Assembly: GCA_019721075.1 (NCBI GenBank)
Contig: JAHEAD010000002.1
Location: 26,949-90,948 of the forward strand
Reading direction: 5' to 3'
From: Candidatus Sysuiplasma jiujiangense
GTDB taxonomy: Archaea > Thermoplasmatota > Thermoplasmata > Sysuiplasmatales > Sysuiplasmataceae
Length of the DNA stretch: 64,000 bases
Part shown: positions 39,131 to 47,609 of the stretch, piece by piece
Layout of the letters: every line of letters starts with the position of its first letter
Position numbering within the stretch: the first letter of the stretch is position 1
The notes under the pieces: model-generated
Database searches by the model: none
Told to the model about the DNA's origin: nothing
Seen by the model: only the letters and a program-made list of their open reading frames with translations
Program-made: the position numbers and the translations under genes

Positions 39131-41821
39131 TCAATCCTGATCCTTTCCGGGACCCTCAGCCCTGCCCTCACTCTTTTTTGATTTCAGAGCGGCCTGCGCA
39201 GCCGCGAGCCTGGCGACAGGTACCCTGTAGGGGGAGCAGCTGACATAGTCGAGGCCGGCTGCATGGAAAAATTCGATACTCCGGGGATCTCCGCCATGCT
39301 CACCGCATATGCCCGCCTCGAGTCCCGGCTTTGCCTTCTTGCCTTTCTGCAGCGACATCTTTACCAGGAGACCGACACCCTGTACATCTATCGACTGAAA
39401 CGGGTCCTCGGGAAGCAGTCCCTTTCCTACATATTCCGGAAGAAAACGCCCGGCGTCGTCACGGCTGAGCCCCAGCGTGGTCTGCGTCAGGTCGTTCGTT
39501 CCGTACGAGAAGAAGTCCGCCACACCGGCTATGGAATCGGACAGCAGTGCTGCTCTCGGAAGCTCGATCATTGTTCCGACCATATACTGCAGCTTTATGC
39601 CGTATCCGTCCATGACCTCCTTACCGACCGCATCTATCCGCGGTCTGAGAAGCTCTATTTCCTCCTTCCCCTCGACAAGCGGTATCATGATTTCGGGCAC
39701 GACGTCGATGTTTTCCCGCTTCTTGAGTTCACAGGCAGCCTCGAATATCGCCCTGTACTGCATTTCATACACCTCCGGGTAGGTCACGGCGAGTCTGCAG
39801 CCCCTGTGCCCGAGCATGGGATTGAGCTCCTTCAGCGATTCGGTCCTGGCCATGACCTCCTCAGGACTTATCCCCATGTCGCCGGCCAGCCTTTCCGCTT
39901 CGTCCCTTCCCTTCGGCAAAAACTCATGGAGCGGCGGATCCAGGAGCCTTATAATCACGGGGTAGCCGTTCATCTCGCGGAAAAGGCCCATGAAGTCCTC
40001 CTTCTGGTACGGCAAAAGGGATTCGAGCGCCTCTTTCCTCTTTTCAGTTGTGCCGGCAAGTATCATCCGGCGCATGTGTGGGAGGCGGTTCTCGCCGAAG
40101 AACATGTGCTCAGTCCTTGTCAGGCCTATGCCCCTGGCACCGAACCTCCTCGCAACCCTTGCATCTTCCGGGAGATCCGCATTGGCCCTCACCCCGAGTC
40201 TCTTCAGTTCGTCGGCCCATTCCATGAATGTTTCGAAATACCCTGTCAGTTCAGCAGCCCTGGTGGGCAGCTGCCCGAGAAAGACCTGGCCGCTTGTTCC
40301 GTCGACGCTGATGTAATCGCCTTCAGAGACAACGGCCCCTCCTGCGGAGGTGAATTTCCGTTCACTGTAGCTGATGGCGATGTCGGAGCAGCCTGCAACG
40401 CAGCACTTCCCCATTCCCCTGGCTACCACCGCAGCGTGAGAAGTCATTCCGCCCGTGGCAGTGAGTATAGCCTGGGCCGCAGCCATGCCATGTATATCCT
40501 CGGCCGACGTCTCTGTTCGTACCAGTATCACTTTCTCGCCTGCCGCAGAAAGCCTGACTGCATCTGCGGCATCGAACACGACCTTGCCGGTCGCGGCTCC
40601 TGGGGATGCGGGAAGTCCCCTGCCGATCAGCTGCTTCTGCGACTTTTCATCAAAGACGGGGTGGAGCAGCTGGTCCAGCGCCGAAGGATTCACCGAAAGG
40701 ATGGCCTGCTCCCTGGATATCAGTCCCTCCCCGACCATTTCCACGGCCACGCGGACAGCTGCCTGGGCAGTCCTCTTTCCGCTTCTCGTCTGGAGAAGAT
40801 AGAGTTTTCCCTTCTGTATCGTGAATTCAATGTCCTGCATATCCCTGTAGTGTGATTCCAGGATGTCCTTGATCCTGAGGAGTTCCGCATGTGTCTGGGG
40901 CATCCTCTCTTCGAGCGAAAGACCCGGTTTACCGGCATCACTGTTTATCGGCTGGGGCGTCCTGATGCCTGCAACGACGTCTTCCCCCTGCGCATTGGGG
41001 AGGTATTCGCCGTAGAGCCTGTTTTCGCCTGTCGACGGATTGCGCGTGAATGCTACACCGGTGGCGCAGTCGTCGCCCATGTTTCCGAATACCATCGACT
41101 GGACTGTGACCGCGGTTCCCCATTCCTCCGGTATGCCGTTGAGCTTCCTGTAAGTTACAGCCCGCCTGTTGTTCCATGACTCGAAGACAGCCCCTATGGC
41201 ACTCCACAGCTGTTCGGACGGATCGTCAGGAAATTTTTTGCCTGTCACTTCAAGGATCTTCTCCTTGTACCGCCTGACAAGGTTTGACAGTTCATCGGCG
41301 TTGAGCTCGGTGTCCAGTTTTATTCCCCTTGCAGCCTTGACCTCCTGTATGATATCCTCGAAAACAGAATGATCGACACTCATTACCACATTGCCATACA
41401 TCTGGACGAAACGCCTGTATGTGTCGAAGCCCCATCTGCTGTCGCCCGACTCGGCAATTATCGATGAAACTGTTGCGTCATTGAGACCGAGGTTCAGAAC
41501 GGTGTCCATCATTCCCGGCATTGACACTCTGGCACCTGATCTCACTGAAACAAGCAGCGGTTTCCCGCGACCGCCGAACTTCCTTTCCATCTTTACCTCG
41601 ACAACGTGCAGCGACTCCATAACCCTCCGCCTCAGTCCGGGGGGCAGGTTCTTGCCCAGCCTGTAGTATGCGTTGCAGACAGCCGTGGTGATGGTGAAAC
41701 CCGACGGAACCGGCAGGCCCAGGCGCGTCATCTCCGCCAGACCGGCGCCTTTTCCACCGAGCAGATTGCGCATTTCCGCGCTTCCCTCTTCAAAAAGATA
41801 TACCATTTTTCTTTTGACCAT
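39131..41821 (-). CDS. ppdK: Pyruvate, phosphate dikinase
   Basis: LLGGKGAGLAEM, SVRSGA..SMPGMMDT, GGMTSHAAVVARG (phospho-His), GTNDLTQ, GICGEHGG. Confidence 0.97.
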   Translation of the reverse strand: MVKRKMVYLFEEGSAEMRNLLGGKGAGLAEMTRLGLPVPSGFTITTAVCNAYYRLGKNLPPGLRRRVMESLHVVEVKMERKFGGRGKPLLVSVRSGARVSMPGMMDTVLNLGLNDATVSSIIAESGDSRWGFDTYRRFVQMYGNVVMSVDHSVFEDIIQEVKAARGIKLDTELNADELSNLVRRYKEKILEVTGKKFPDDPSEQLWSAIGAVFESWNNRRAVTYRKLNGIPEEWGTAVTVQSMVFGNMGDDCATGVAFTRNPSTGENRLYGEYLPNAQGEDVVAGIRTPQPINSDAGKPGLSLEERMPQTHAELLRIKDILESHYRDMQDIEFTIQKGKLYLLQTRSGKRTAQAAVRVAVEMVGEGLISREQAILSVNPSALDQLLHPVFDEKSQKQLIGRGLPASPGAATGKVVFDAADAVRLSAAGEKVILVRTETSAEDIHGMAAAQAILTATGGMTSHAAVVARGMGKCCVAGCSDIAISYSERKFTSAGGAVVSEGDYISVDGTSGQVFLGQLPTRAAELTGYFETFMEWADELKRLGVRANADLPEDARVARRFGARGIGLTRTEHMFFGENRLPHMRRMILAGTTEKRKEALESLLPYQKEDFMGLFREMNGYPVIIRLLDPPLHEFLPKGRDEAERLAGDMGISPEEVMARTESLKELNPMLGHRGCRLAVTYPEVYEMQYRAIFEAACELKKRENIDVVPEIMIPLVEGKEEIELLRPRIDAVGKEVMDGYGIKLQYMVGTMIELPRAALLSDSIAGVADFFSYGTNDLTQTTLGLSRDDAGRFLPEYVGKGLLPEDPFQSIDVQGVGLLVKMSLQKGKKAKPGLEAGICGEHGGDPRSIEFFHAAGLDYVSCSPYRVPVARLAAAQAALKSKKSEGRAEGPGKDQD

Positions 41822-42021
41822 TGCAGGGCACCTGATTGGACCGTATACGGTACGATTACAAAAAGGTTAGACAACCGTCCCTCGGCGGCGGATGTCTGGC
41901 GGACTGAAAAATTAATTTCTGCATGAGATGCGTACCGGCACAACAGCGCTGCACCATGCGAATTTGGCAGTTGGGCCTGCCGGCCGGGCATTCCTGCCGC
42001 ATACGGAAGGCGACGAAGCAC

Positions 42022-42294
42022 CTATTTCCCTAGGACAATCTCTATCGAGGAGACGTTTGATGTGGTTCCGTCCTCATCCTTCAGCGATTCGGTCGAAATT
42101 TTGATATTCTTCACCGAAGCGTCCTTGAGGAATCTGTTTCTGGTTATTTCAGCCACGTCGACAGCCCTGCTTATCGACTTTCCCCGTGCTTTGATGGTTA
42201 CATCCTGACCGGCGCTGTTGAACTGTGTAACGACGGCCAGTACGTAATTCATGGCTGGCTTCTTTCCGATGTATATAATGTTGTCTTCTGCCAT
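42022..42294 (-). CDS. albA: DNA/RNA-binding protein Alba
   Basis: [20 protein letters not shown]...[16 protein letters not shown]...SSIEIVL. Confidence 0.96.
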   Translation of the reverse strand: MAEDNIIYIGKKPAMNYVLAVVTQFNSAGQDVTIKARGKSISRAVDVAEITRNRFLKDASVKNIKISTESLKDEDGTTSNVSSIEIVLGK

Positions 42295-42498
42295 TGTATT
42301 CACGTCCTGTTTAATTATTGCTTTTGATCCGGTGTGCCAGACACATAGAACTGTGCAGCTATTAAAACATTATTTTAAACTGCCGGAGAGCGAAGTTTCC
42401 CCGCAACCGCCGGTCGGAAACAGGCAATGTTTTAATTATTTCGGTCCATCACATGGCGATGGACAAATGCATAGATGTGCACATACGGCGGTGATTCA

Positions 42499-43047
42499 GT
42501 GAAGGCACTTGTTCTCACAGGAATGGCAGGAGCAGGAAAAACCGAGTTTGCCAATTACTGTACATCCCTGAGCATTCCGGTCTTCCAGATGGGGGATATT
42601 GTCAGGTCAAGGGTAAGTCAGCTGAAATTGGAACCGACAGGTACCAACATCGGCAGGGTGGCAAGCGTTGAAAGACTGAAATACGGCAGTGACATATGGG
42701 CGAGGAGAACCGCCAGGAACGTGAAAAACGGAGACAGGGACTGTGTGATAGACGGCACAAGGAGTGAGGCCGAAGTTGCGTATTTCAGGCAGTATTTCGG
42801 TATGAATGCGGTGGTTGTGAATATCTATGCTTCCTCCAGGATCAGGTATGAGAGGCTCAAGTCGCGCGCAAGGTCCGATACGCCGCTGACAAGGGGCGAG
42901 TTTGAGGAGAGAGACAGAAGGGAACTGGGCTGGGGACTCGGGAATGCCATAGCGCTTTCCGACATGGTTCTGGGAAATGAAGGGACAATGGATGAATTCA
43001 GGAAGAACATAATGAATCTGCTCAGGGAGGCCGGATTCATAAAATGA
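42499..43047 (+). CDS. P-loop kinase, UPF0200 / dephospho-CoA-kinase-like
   Basis: LTGMAGAGKT, MGDIVR, VIDGTRS..E, RDRRELGWGLG. GTG start after GGTGA. Confidence 0.82.
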   Translation: MKALVLTGMAGAGKTEFANYCTSLSIPVFQMGDIVRSRVSQLKLEPTGTNIGRVASVERLKYGSDIWARRTARNVKNGDRDCVIDGTRSEAEVAYFRQYFGMNAVVVNIYASSRIRYERLKSRARSDTPLTRGEFEERDRRELGWGLGNAIALSDMVLGNEGTMDEFRKNIMNLLREAGFIK

Positions 43048-43053
43048 GGACAG

Positions 43054-43380
43054 GTGAAGACTCTGGCTGAAATCGAGTTCGGTTTTGTAAGGCCATGCAC
43101 GGGAAATGCATATGTCGTCTACCCCTCCACGGTTTATGATTTGCCGCTGGCAAAATGCGCATCTGCACTGAAGAGGAAAGGAATACGGGTAAAGCCTGAT
43201 GACATGATGATCAATGTAATGTACAACGGTCACAGCTGCACACTGTACAGGACGGGGAGACTTCTGGTGACGCCGTGCAGCAGTGAGGAGGAAGCTCTGA
43301 AGACTGCGCGGGGACTCTTTGACCTGCTGGTGCAGGACAGGAAAATGACCGATTCGTTCAAAAGGGCAGAGGCGATCTGA
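43054..43380 (+). CDS. Hypothetical protein (possible TBP-like fold)
   Basis: RPCTG, CTLYRTGRLLV...EEEALKTA. SD GAGG, operonic with both neighbours. Confidence 0.6.
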   Translation: MKTLAEIEFGFVRPCTGNAYVVYPSTVYDLPLAKCASALKRKGIRVKPDDMMINVMYNGHSCTLYRTGRLLVTPCSSEEEALKTARGLFDLLVQDRKMTDSFKRAEAI

Positions 43381-43404
43381 GACAAAGATGACGGAAGCGT
43401 CAAG

Positions 43405-44145
43405 ATGATCATTTCCATAGCCGATGCGGCCATATCACTTGTTCTCAGCGCCGGACTAAGTTCCCTGGCATACATGCACCGCATGCTCACTGCGAGTGGC
43501 TCGCTCTCCGCGTTCCTGGTGAGTTCGGCCATTGGCGTGTTTGGCGGCATTCCATGGCTGCTTACCATCCTGGCGTTTGTTGTTGCCGCTTTCCTGACCA
43601 CGAAATTCAGGATCCTTGAAAAAGCCGGAAGGGGACTCCAGGAAGGCAGGAAGGGGGAACGCGGCACAATGAATGTGGTTGCCAACAGCCTGCCCGGGGT
43701 TGTAATTGCACTGCTCAATTCCTTCGGGCCCGGCTCGATAACACATGCCGAATATGCGCTTCTCTTCATAGTCTCAATCGCCGCTGCCGCTTCGGACACG
43801 CTCGCAAGCGAAATAGGTGTCATAGATCGCAACACGCGTCTGATCACGACATTCAGAAAGGTTCCCACCGGAACAGATGGCGGAATTTCCGTACTTGGAA
43901 CTGCCGCTGCGCTGGGCGGTGCGGTGTTTATTGCACTGACCGGCTATGCGCTTCTCTTTCTGTCCGGCATTCAACTTCCCGTTTCATTGCTCCCGCCTGT
44001 TGTCTTATTCGGATTCCTCGGTTCGATGGTTGACAGTCTCCTCGGGGCTACGCTTGAAAGGAGGGGACTGATAGGCAAGCAGACAAACAACGTCTCGTCC
44101 ATCGTCATTGTTTCGCTGCTTGCGTACATCGTGCTCTTCGTGTGA
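43405..44145 (+). CDS. DUF92 (TMEM19/VTE6-like) membrane protein
   Basis: RGTMNVVAN, AAASDTLASEIG, VPTGTDGGISVLGT, DSLLGATLE. Confidence 0.88.
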   Translation: MIISIADAAISLVLSAGLSSLAYMHRMLTASGSLSAFLVSSAIGVFGGIPWLLTILAFVVAAFLTTKFRILEKAGRGLQEGRKGERGTMNVVANSLPGVVIALLNSFGPGSITHAEYALLFIVSIAAAASDTLASEIGVIDRNTRLITTFRKVPTGTDGGISVLGTAAALGGAVFIALTGYALLFLSGIQLPVSLLPPVVLFGFLGSMVDSLLGATLERRGLIGKQTNNVSSIVIVSLLAYIVLFV

Positions 44146-44415
44146 GTCGCGGAGGATTCACCCTGCGGTCATCTGCCTGAAATGGCTGCTGCGGGTTGTC
44201 AGGAAATGATCTGCGAACACAGTGGCGATTGAAGGTTGTCAGGAAGCGGCTGAAAGCACCAGATGAGTTCGAGGGAAATCATCGAGGACGGGGAGTGTGG
44301 AAAAGCCTAAGCCCTGATTAACATCAGAGGAACGCCCGGCCTCTGCGCCTAAAATCAAAAATCTGCTTCCAAATTCTGCCAGTATGGACTTCTCAGGATC
44401 AAAGCCGAACACTTG

Positions 44416-44430
44416 GAAAGGCATAAATAG
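44416..44430 (+). promoter_or_regulatory. BRE/TATA-like promoter of the 5S rRNA gene
   Basis: GAAAGG-CATAAATAG about 30 nt upstream of the predicted 5S 5' end. Confidence 0.5.
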
Positions 44431-44459
44431 GTTGTTTATTTCAGAGTCTTCAGGAATGG

Positions 44460-44680
44460 TACGACGGCCAAAGTGGTGGTGACACACCTGGTCTCGTCCG
44501 ATCCCAGAAGTTAAGTCCACCTACGTTCCCTGTGGTACTGTTGTGCGCGAGCCAACGGGAAGCTTGGCCCCGCAAGGGGTTATGCAGTATGTGGCCCAGG
44601 CAAATTAGCCGAGATCCTTCGGGAAATCGGTGAAGTTTACCGTTTTAAAGGCCACATACTCATAGAGCGCTGTCGGCCAT
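44460..44680 (+). rRNA. rrf: 5S rRNA with ~98-nt insertion in helix V (stand-alone gene)
   Basis: CGACGGCCA..CACCTGGTCTCGTCCGATCCCAGAAGTTAAG..GTACTG..GCGAG..CGGGAAGC follows the archaeal 5S pattern up to about position 104. The 3' helix-I strand GCTGTCG appears only at 44669-44675. Ends approximate. Confidence 0.9.
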
Positions 44681-44759
44681 TCCACTGAAGTCACCGCTTG
44701 AGAATGGTTTGGTAACGTTTATTTTGTAATCTGTTCTGAGTAACCGTGACGGTGTACAT

Positions 44760-45629
44760 TTGGCTATCAGTGCGGAAACTTCCTTTTTTGTTGCCCTGCT
44801 GATTGCGGTGGTGGTCTTCATCGGCTATCTCGAGTGGAGCAGCGCAAAGGGAAGGCTCATGAGGAGAAAGAACGCGAGGCTTGCAGCTGTCCGCTCAAAG
44901 GACGAGGCATACAATGCGACAGTCACCTCAAGGGCAATATCACGGGCGCTGAAGACGCAGGGATACGATGTCACGGAGGCGGAAAAGCTGATCGGCAGGG
45001 CCGATGCTGCAATCAGTATGGGAAATTTCTCGGATGCTAAGAGATACGCTGAGAGTGCCAGGGAGACACTCTTCGCCATAAAGCAGAGGCAGGGCCGGCA
45101 TGAAAGAGGAACGGGTGAATCTGCTTCTGCAGATTCAGGTTACGGAAAAAAGGCGGCATCCGGGGATGTGTTCACGAAGCAGGATGAAAGGCAACAGCCA
45201 GGATCTGCCGAGAAAAAGCTGCCGAAGGACTACGCGGAAGCCAGTTTCGCTATCTCCCTTCTGAAGGACGAGGCTGCGACAGCCCAGTCCGGAGGCAGGG
45301 ACATCGCATCCGCAGTCCTGAAACTGGCGCAGGCTGAAGAGGCGTTCAGGCAGGGTAAATACGGCGAATCGCTGCATCTCGCCATCAGGGCCAGGAAGGA
45401 GATATCTGACGGCCCTGGCGGAACAGCCGTATCTCCTGCCGCGACTGATAATGGCAAGGCACCTTCCGGCGGTGATGAGGCATGTCCGGCATGCGGCTCA
45501 CCGCTGCGCGAGACAGATTCGTTTTGCAGGCGTTGCGGCGCAAAGATAGAATACAGATGCCAGGCGTGCGACGCCGCTCTTGAAACAGGCGACATGTTCT
45601 GCGGTAAATGCGGCGCAAAGGTGAGGTAG
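44760..45629 (+). CDS. Membrane-anchored helical protein with C-terminal double zinc ribbon
   Basis: N-terminal TM, two repeated helical units (AEKLIGRADAAISMGNFSDA / AVLKLAQAEEAFRQGKYGES), four CxxC pairs. Confidence 0.78.
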   Translation: MAISAETSFFVALLIAVVVFIGYLEWSSAKGRLMRRKNARLAAVRSKDEAYNATVTSRAISRALKTQGYDVTEAEKLIGRADAAISMGNFSDAKRYAESARETLFAIKQRQGRHERGTGESASADSGYGKKAASGDVFTKQDERQQPGSAEKKLPKDYAEASFAISLLKDEAATAQSGGRDIASAVLKLAQAEEAFRQGKYGESLHLAIRARKEISDGPGGTAVSPAATDNGKAPSGGDEACPACGSPLRETDSFCRRCGAKIEYRCQACDAALETGDMFCGKCGAKVR

Positions 45630-45697
45630 CCATTGTCCGGCCGGCATGCTCTGTGCAGACATGATAGGAATATTATATCTGAACATTATAATCATCC

Positions 45698-46111
45698 ATG
45701 TCAGCGGGAGTTGGCCAGTCGATGGCTGAGGGGAAGATAGCAAACAGAAAAACTGAGGAAAGGGCGCTTGACCGCATAGTTGCCGATGCCCAGCTGTCAT
45801 CCTGTTCTATCGTTTCCAAAACAGGATTGCTTGTGGCGGTCGACACGGAAAGCACCCAGAAGAAAGAGACATTTGCAGCAATGTCGGCAATTGTTTTCAG
45901 CGCAGCGGAGGCGCTGAAGTCTGACGTGAAGGACGGCGGGGTAACAAATATTGTCGCCACATTCCAGAGCAGCAGAATTGTCTTTGTGCCGATTAACCAG
46001 AATTACATTCTCGTCGGAGTGACGAAACAGCCTGAATGGGAAGGCAGATCGCTGAAGGCACTGGAGGAGGGGGCCGCGAAACTGAGAAAGGAAGCCCCCT
46101 GGCTGAACTGA
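45698..46111 (+). CDS. Roadblock/LC7 domain protein
   Basis: SIVSKTGLLVA...ETFAAMSAIVFSAAE...IVFVPI...ILVGV. Confidence 0.78.
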   Translation: MSAGVGQSMAEGKIANRKTEERALDRIVADAQLSSCSIVSKTGLLVAVDTESTQKKETFAAMSAIVFSAAEALKSDVKDGGVTNIVATFQSSRIVFVPINQNYILVGVTKQPEWEGRSLKALEEGAAKLRKEAPWLN

Positions 46112-46124
46112 GCCGATTGCGGGA

Positions 46125-46583
46125 TCAGAGAATATATTCCTCTATCTTTGACTGTATCCTGTCACAGTAATGGCATTTCAGCGTCAGCGGTCTTTCTCTT
46201 ATAACAGAAAAATGGCTTTCGGCAGGTTCGCTGCCGTTCGTTATGCAATTCGGGTTCGCGCACCTTACAATCCCGCGTATGACTTCGGGCACTTTTACCT
46301 TTCTCTTTTCGGCAACGTTGTAATCCCTGATTATGTTTATTGTGGCGCGGGGAGCAATGAGGGCAATTCTGTCGACCTCTTTCGCGTACAGCTCCCTGTC
46401 CTCGATCTTTACGATGTCCTTCCATTCCTCTTTCTTGCTGTGGACATGCATCGCGACGCTGACCGTGCTTTTGACGTTCTCCGGAGTGATGCCGAGTATC
46501 CTGAGGACGTTGAGGGCCATCCCCGTTTCGATGTGGTCTATGACAGTTCCGTTCCTGATGGGCTGGACCTTCAGTTCCTTCAT
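46125..46583 (-). CDS. pyrI: Aspartate carbamoyltransferase regulatory chain
   Basis: IRNGTVIDHI, KDIVKIE, CANPNCIT, CHYCD. Confidence 0.97.
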   Translation of the reverse strand: MKELKVQPIRNGTVIDHIETGMALNVLRILGITPENVKSTVSVAMHVHSKKEEWKDIVKIEDRELYAKEVDRIALIAPRATINIIRDYNVAEKRKVKVPEVIRGIVRCANPNCITNGSEPAESHFSVIRERPLTLKCHYCDRIQSKIEEYIL

Positions 46584-47512
46584 AATTCGGCCCCCAGAAG
46601 CATTGAAAGTATGGCCATCCTCACCGGTATCCCGTTGGCGGCCTGCCTGAAATATAGGGAATGCTCCGTCTGATCTACCTCCGGAGCAATTTCATTCACG
46701 CGTGGAAGCGGATGCATCACAGAGAGCGAAGATTTTGCATGTGCGAGCAGTTTCGCGTCTATCCGGTAGCTTCCCGCAACCTTCGCATACTCGGCGGCAT
46801 CCGCAAAACGCTCCTTCTGAATTCTTGTGACATACAGGATGTCCGCCTCCTTCACTGCATCTTCCAGCGAAATCCCCGTCTTGGGCTTTATGCCGTTCGA
46901 CTCTATCTGCGTGAGTACCTCTCTGGGCATCTGTAGCGATTGCGGTGCTATCAGTGTCAGGTTGACTCCGAACAGTGAAAGAGCCTCTGCAAGCGAGTGC
47001 ACCGTCCTGCCGAATCTGAGATCACCGACGAGCACGACATTGAGACCGTCAAGTCTGCCCTTCGATTCCTGCATAGTGTAAAGGTCCAGTATCGTCTGGG
47101 TCGGATGCTGGCCCGCTCCGTCACCGGCATTGATTACCGGCTTTGAGCTCAAATCGGCCGCAAGCCTCGCCGCTCCTTCGAGCGGATGTCTTATCACCAG
47201 TATGTCTGCATAAGACTCCGTGACCCTGATTGTGTCGGAAAGACTCTCCCCCTTCTCCACCGAAGTGCCGACGGATGTGGAGAAGCCCATTACGCTTCCT
47301 CCGAGCCTGAGCATCGCCGCTTCGAAAGACAGTCTTGTCCTCGTCGAAGGCTCGTAGAAGAGGGTGCCCAGTATTCTGCCCCTTAAAATCTGGGTGAGCT
47401 TTTCGCCGCTCGCGTATGGAACCATCTGCAACGCCCTCCTTATCACGGAAAGCATCTGTTCCTTGGAAAAATCCCTGATCGAAACGAAATCCGCAAATTC
47501 TGGTCGGGCCAT
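46580..47512 (-). CDS. pyrB: Aspartate carbamoyltransferase catalytic chain
   Basis: FYEPSTRTRLSFE, NAGDGAGQHPTQ, TRIQKER, HPLPR. Confidence 0.97.
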   Translation of the reverse strand: MARPEFADFVSIRDFSKEQMLSVIRRALQMVPYASGEKLTQILRGRILGTLFYEPSTRTRLSFEAAMLRLGGSVMGFSTSVGTSVEKGESLSDTIRVTESYADILVIRHPLEGAARLAADLSSKPVINAGDGAGQHPTQTILDLYTMQESKGRLDGLNVVLVGDLRFGRTVHSLAEALSLFGVNLTLIAPQSLQMPREVLTQIESNGIKPKTGISLEDAVKEADILYVTRIQKERFADAAEYAKVAGSYRIDAKLLAHAKSSLSVMHPLPRVNEIAPEVDQTEHSLYFRQAANGIPVRMAILSMLLGAEL

Positions 47513-47609
47513 CGGAACCAGAAAGCGACATAACTTTGAAGTATTAGTTTTTAACGAGAAGCAGAATACCTCTATCTGTCCACAGATTTTCAGACAGGAA
47601 GGAGTTTAA

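Noticed and set aside
39263-40855. 530-aa ORF on the + strand
   Set aside because: Antisense shadow of ppdK. No recognisable motifs and an unnatural H/R/G-rich composition.
44194-44245. 12-bp direct repeat GGTTGTCAGGAA (44194, 44234)
   Set aside because: Only two copies, with no associated element or target-site pattern. Could be chance or a small local duplication.
44239-44520. 93-aa minus-strand ORF
   Set aside because: Overlaps the 5S rRNA and its promoter on the opposite strand. No protein features.
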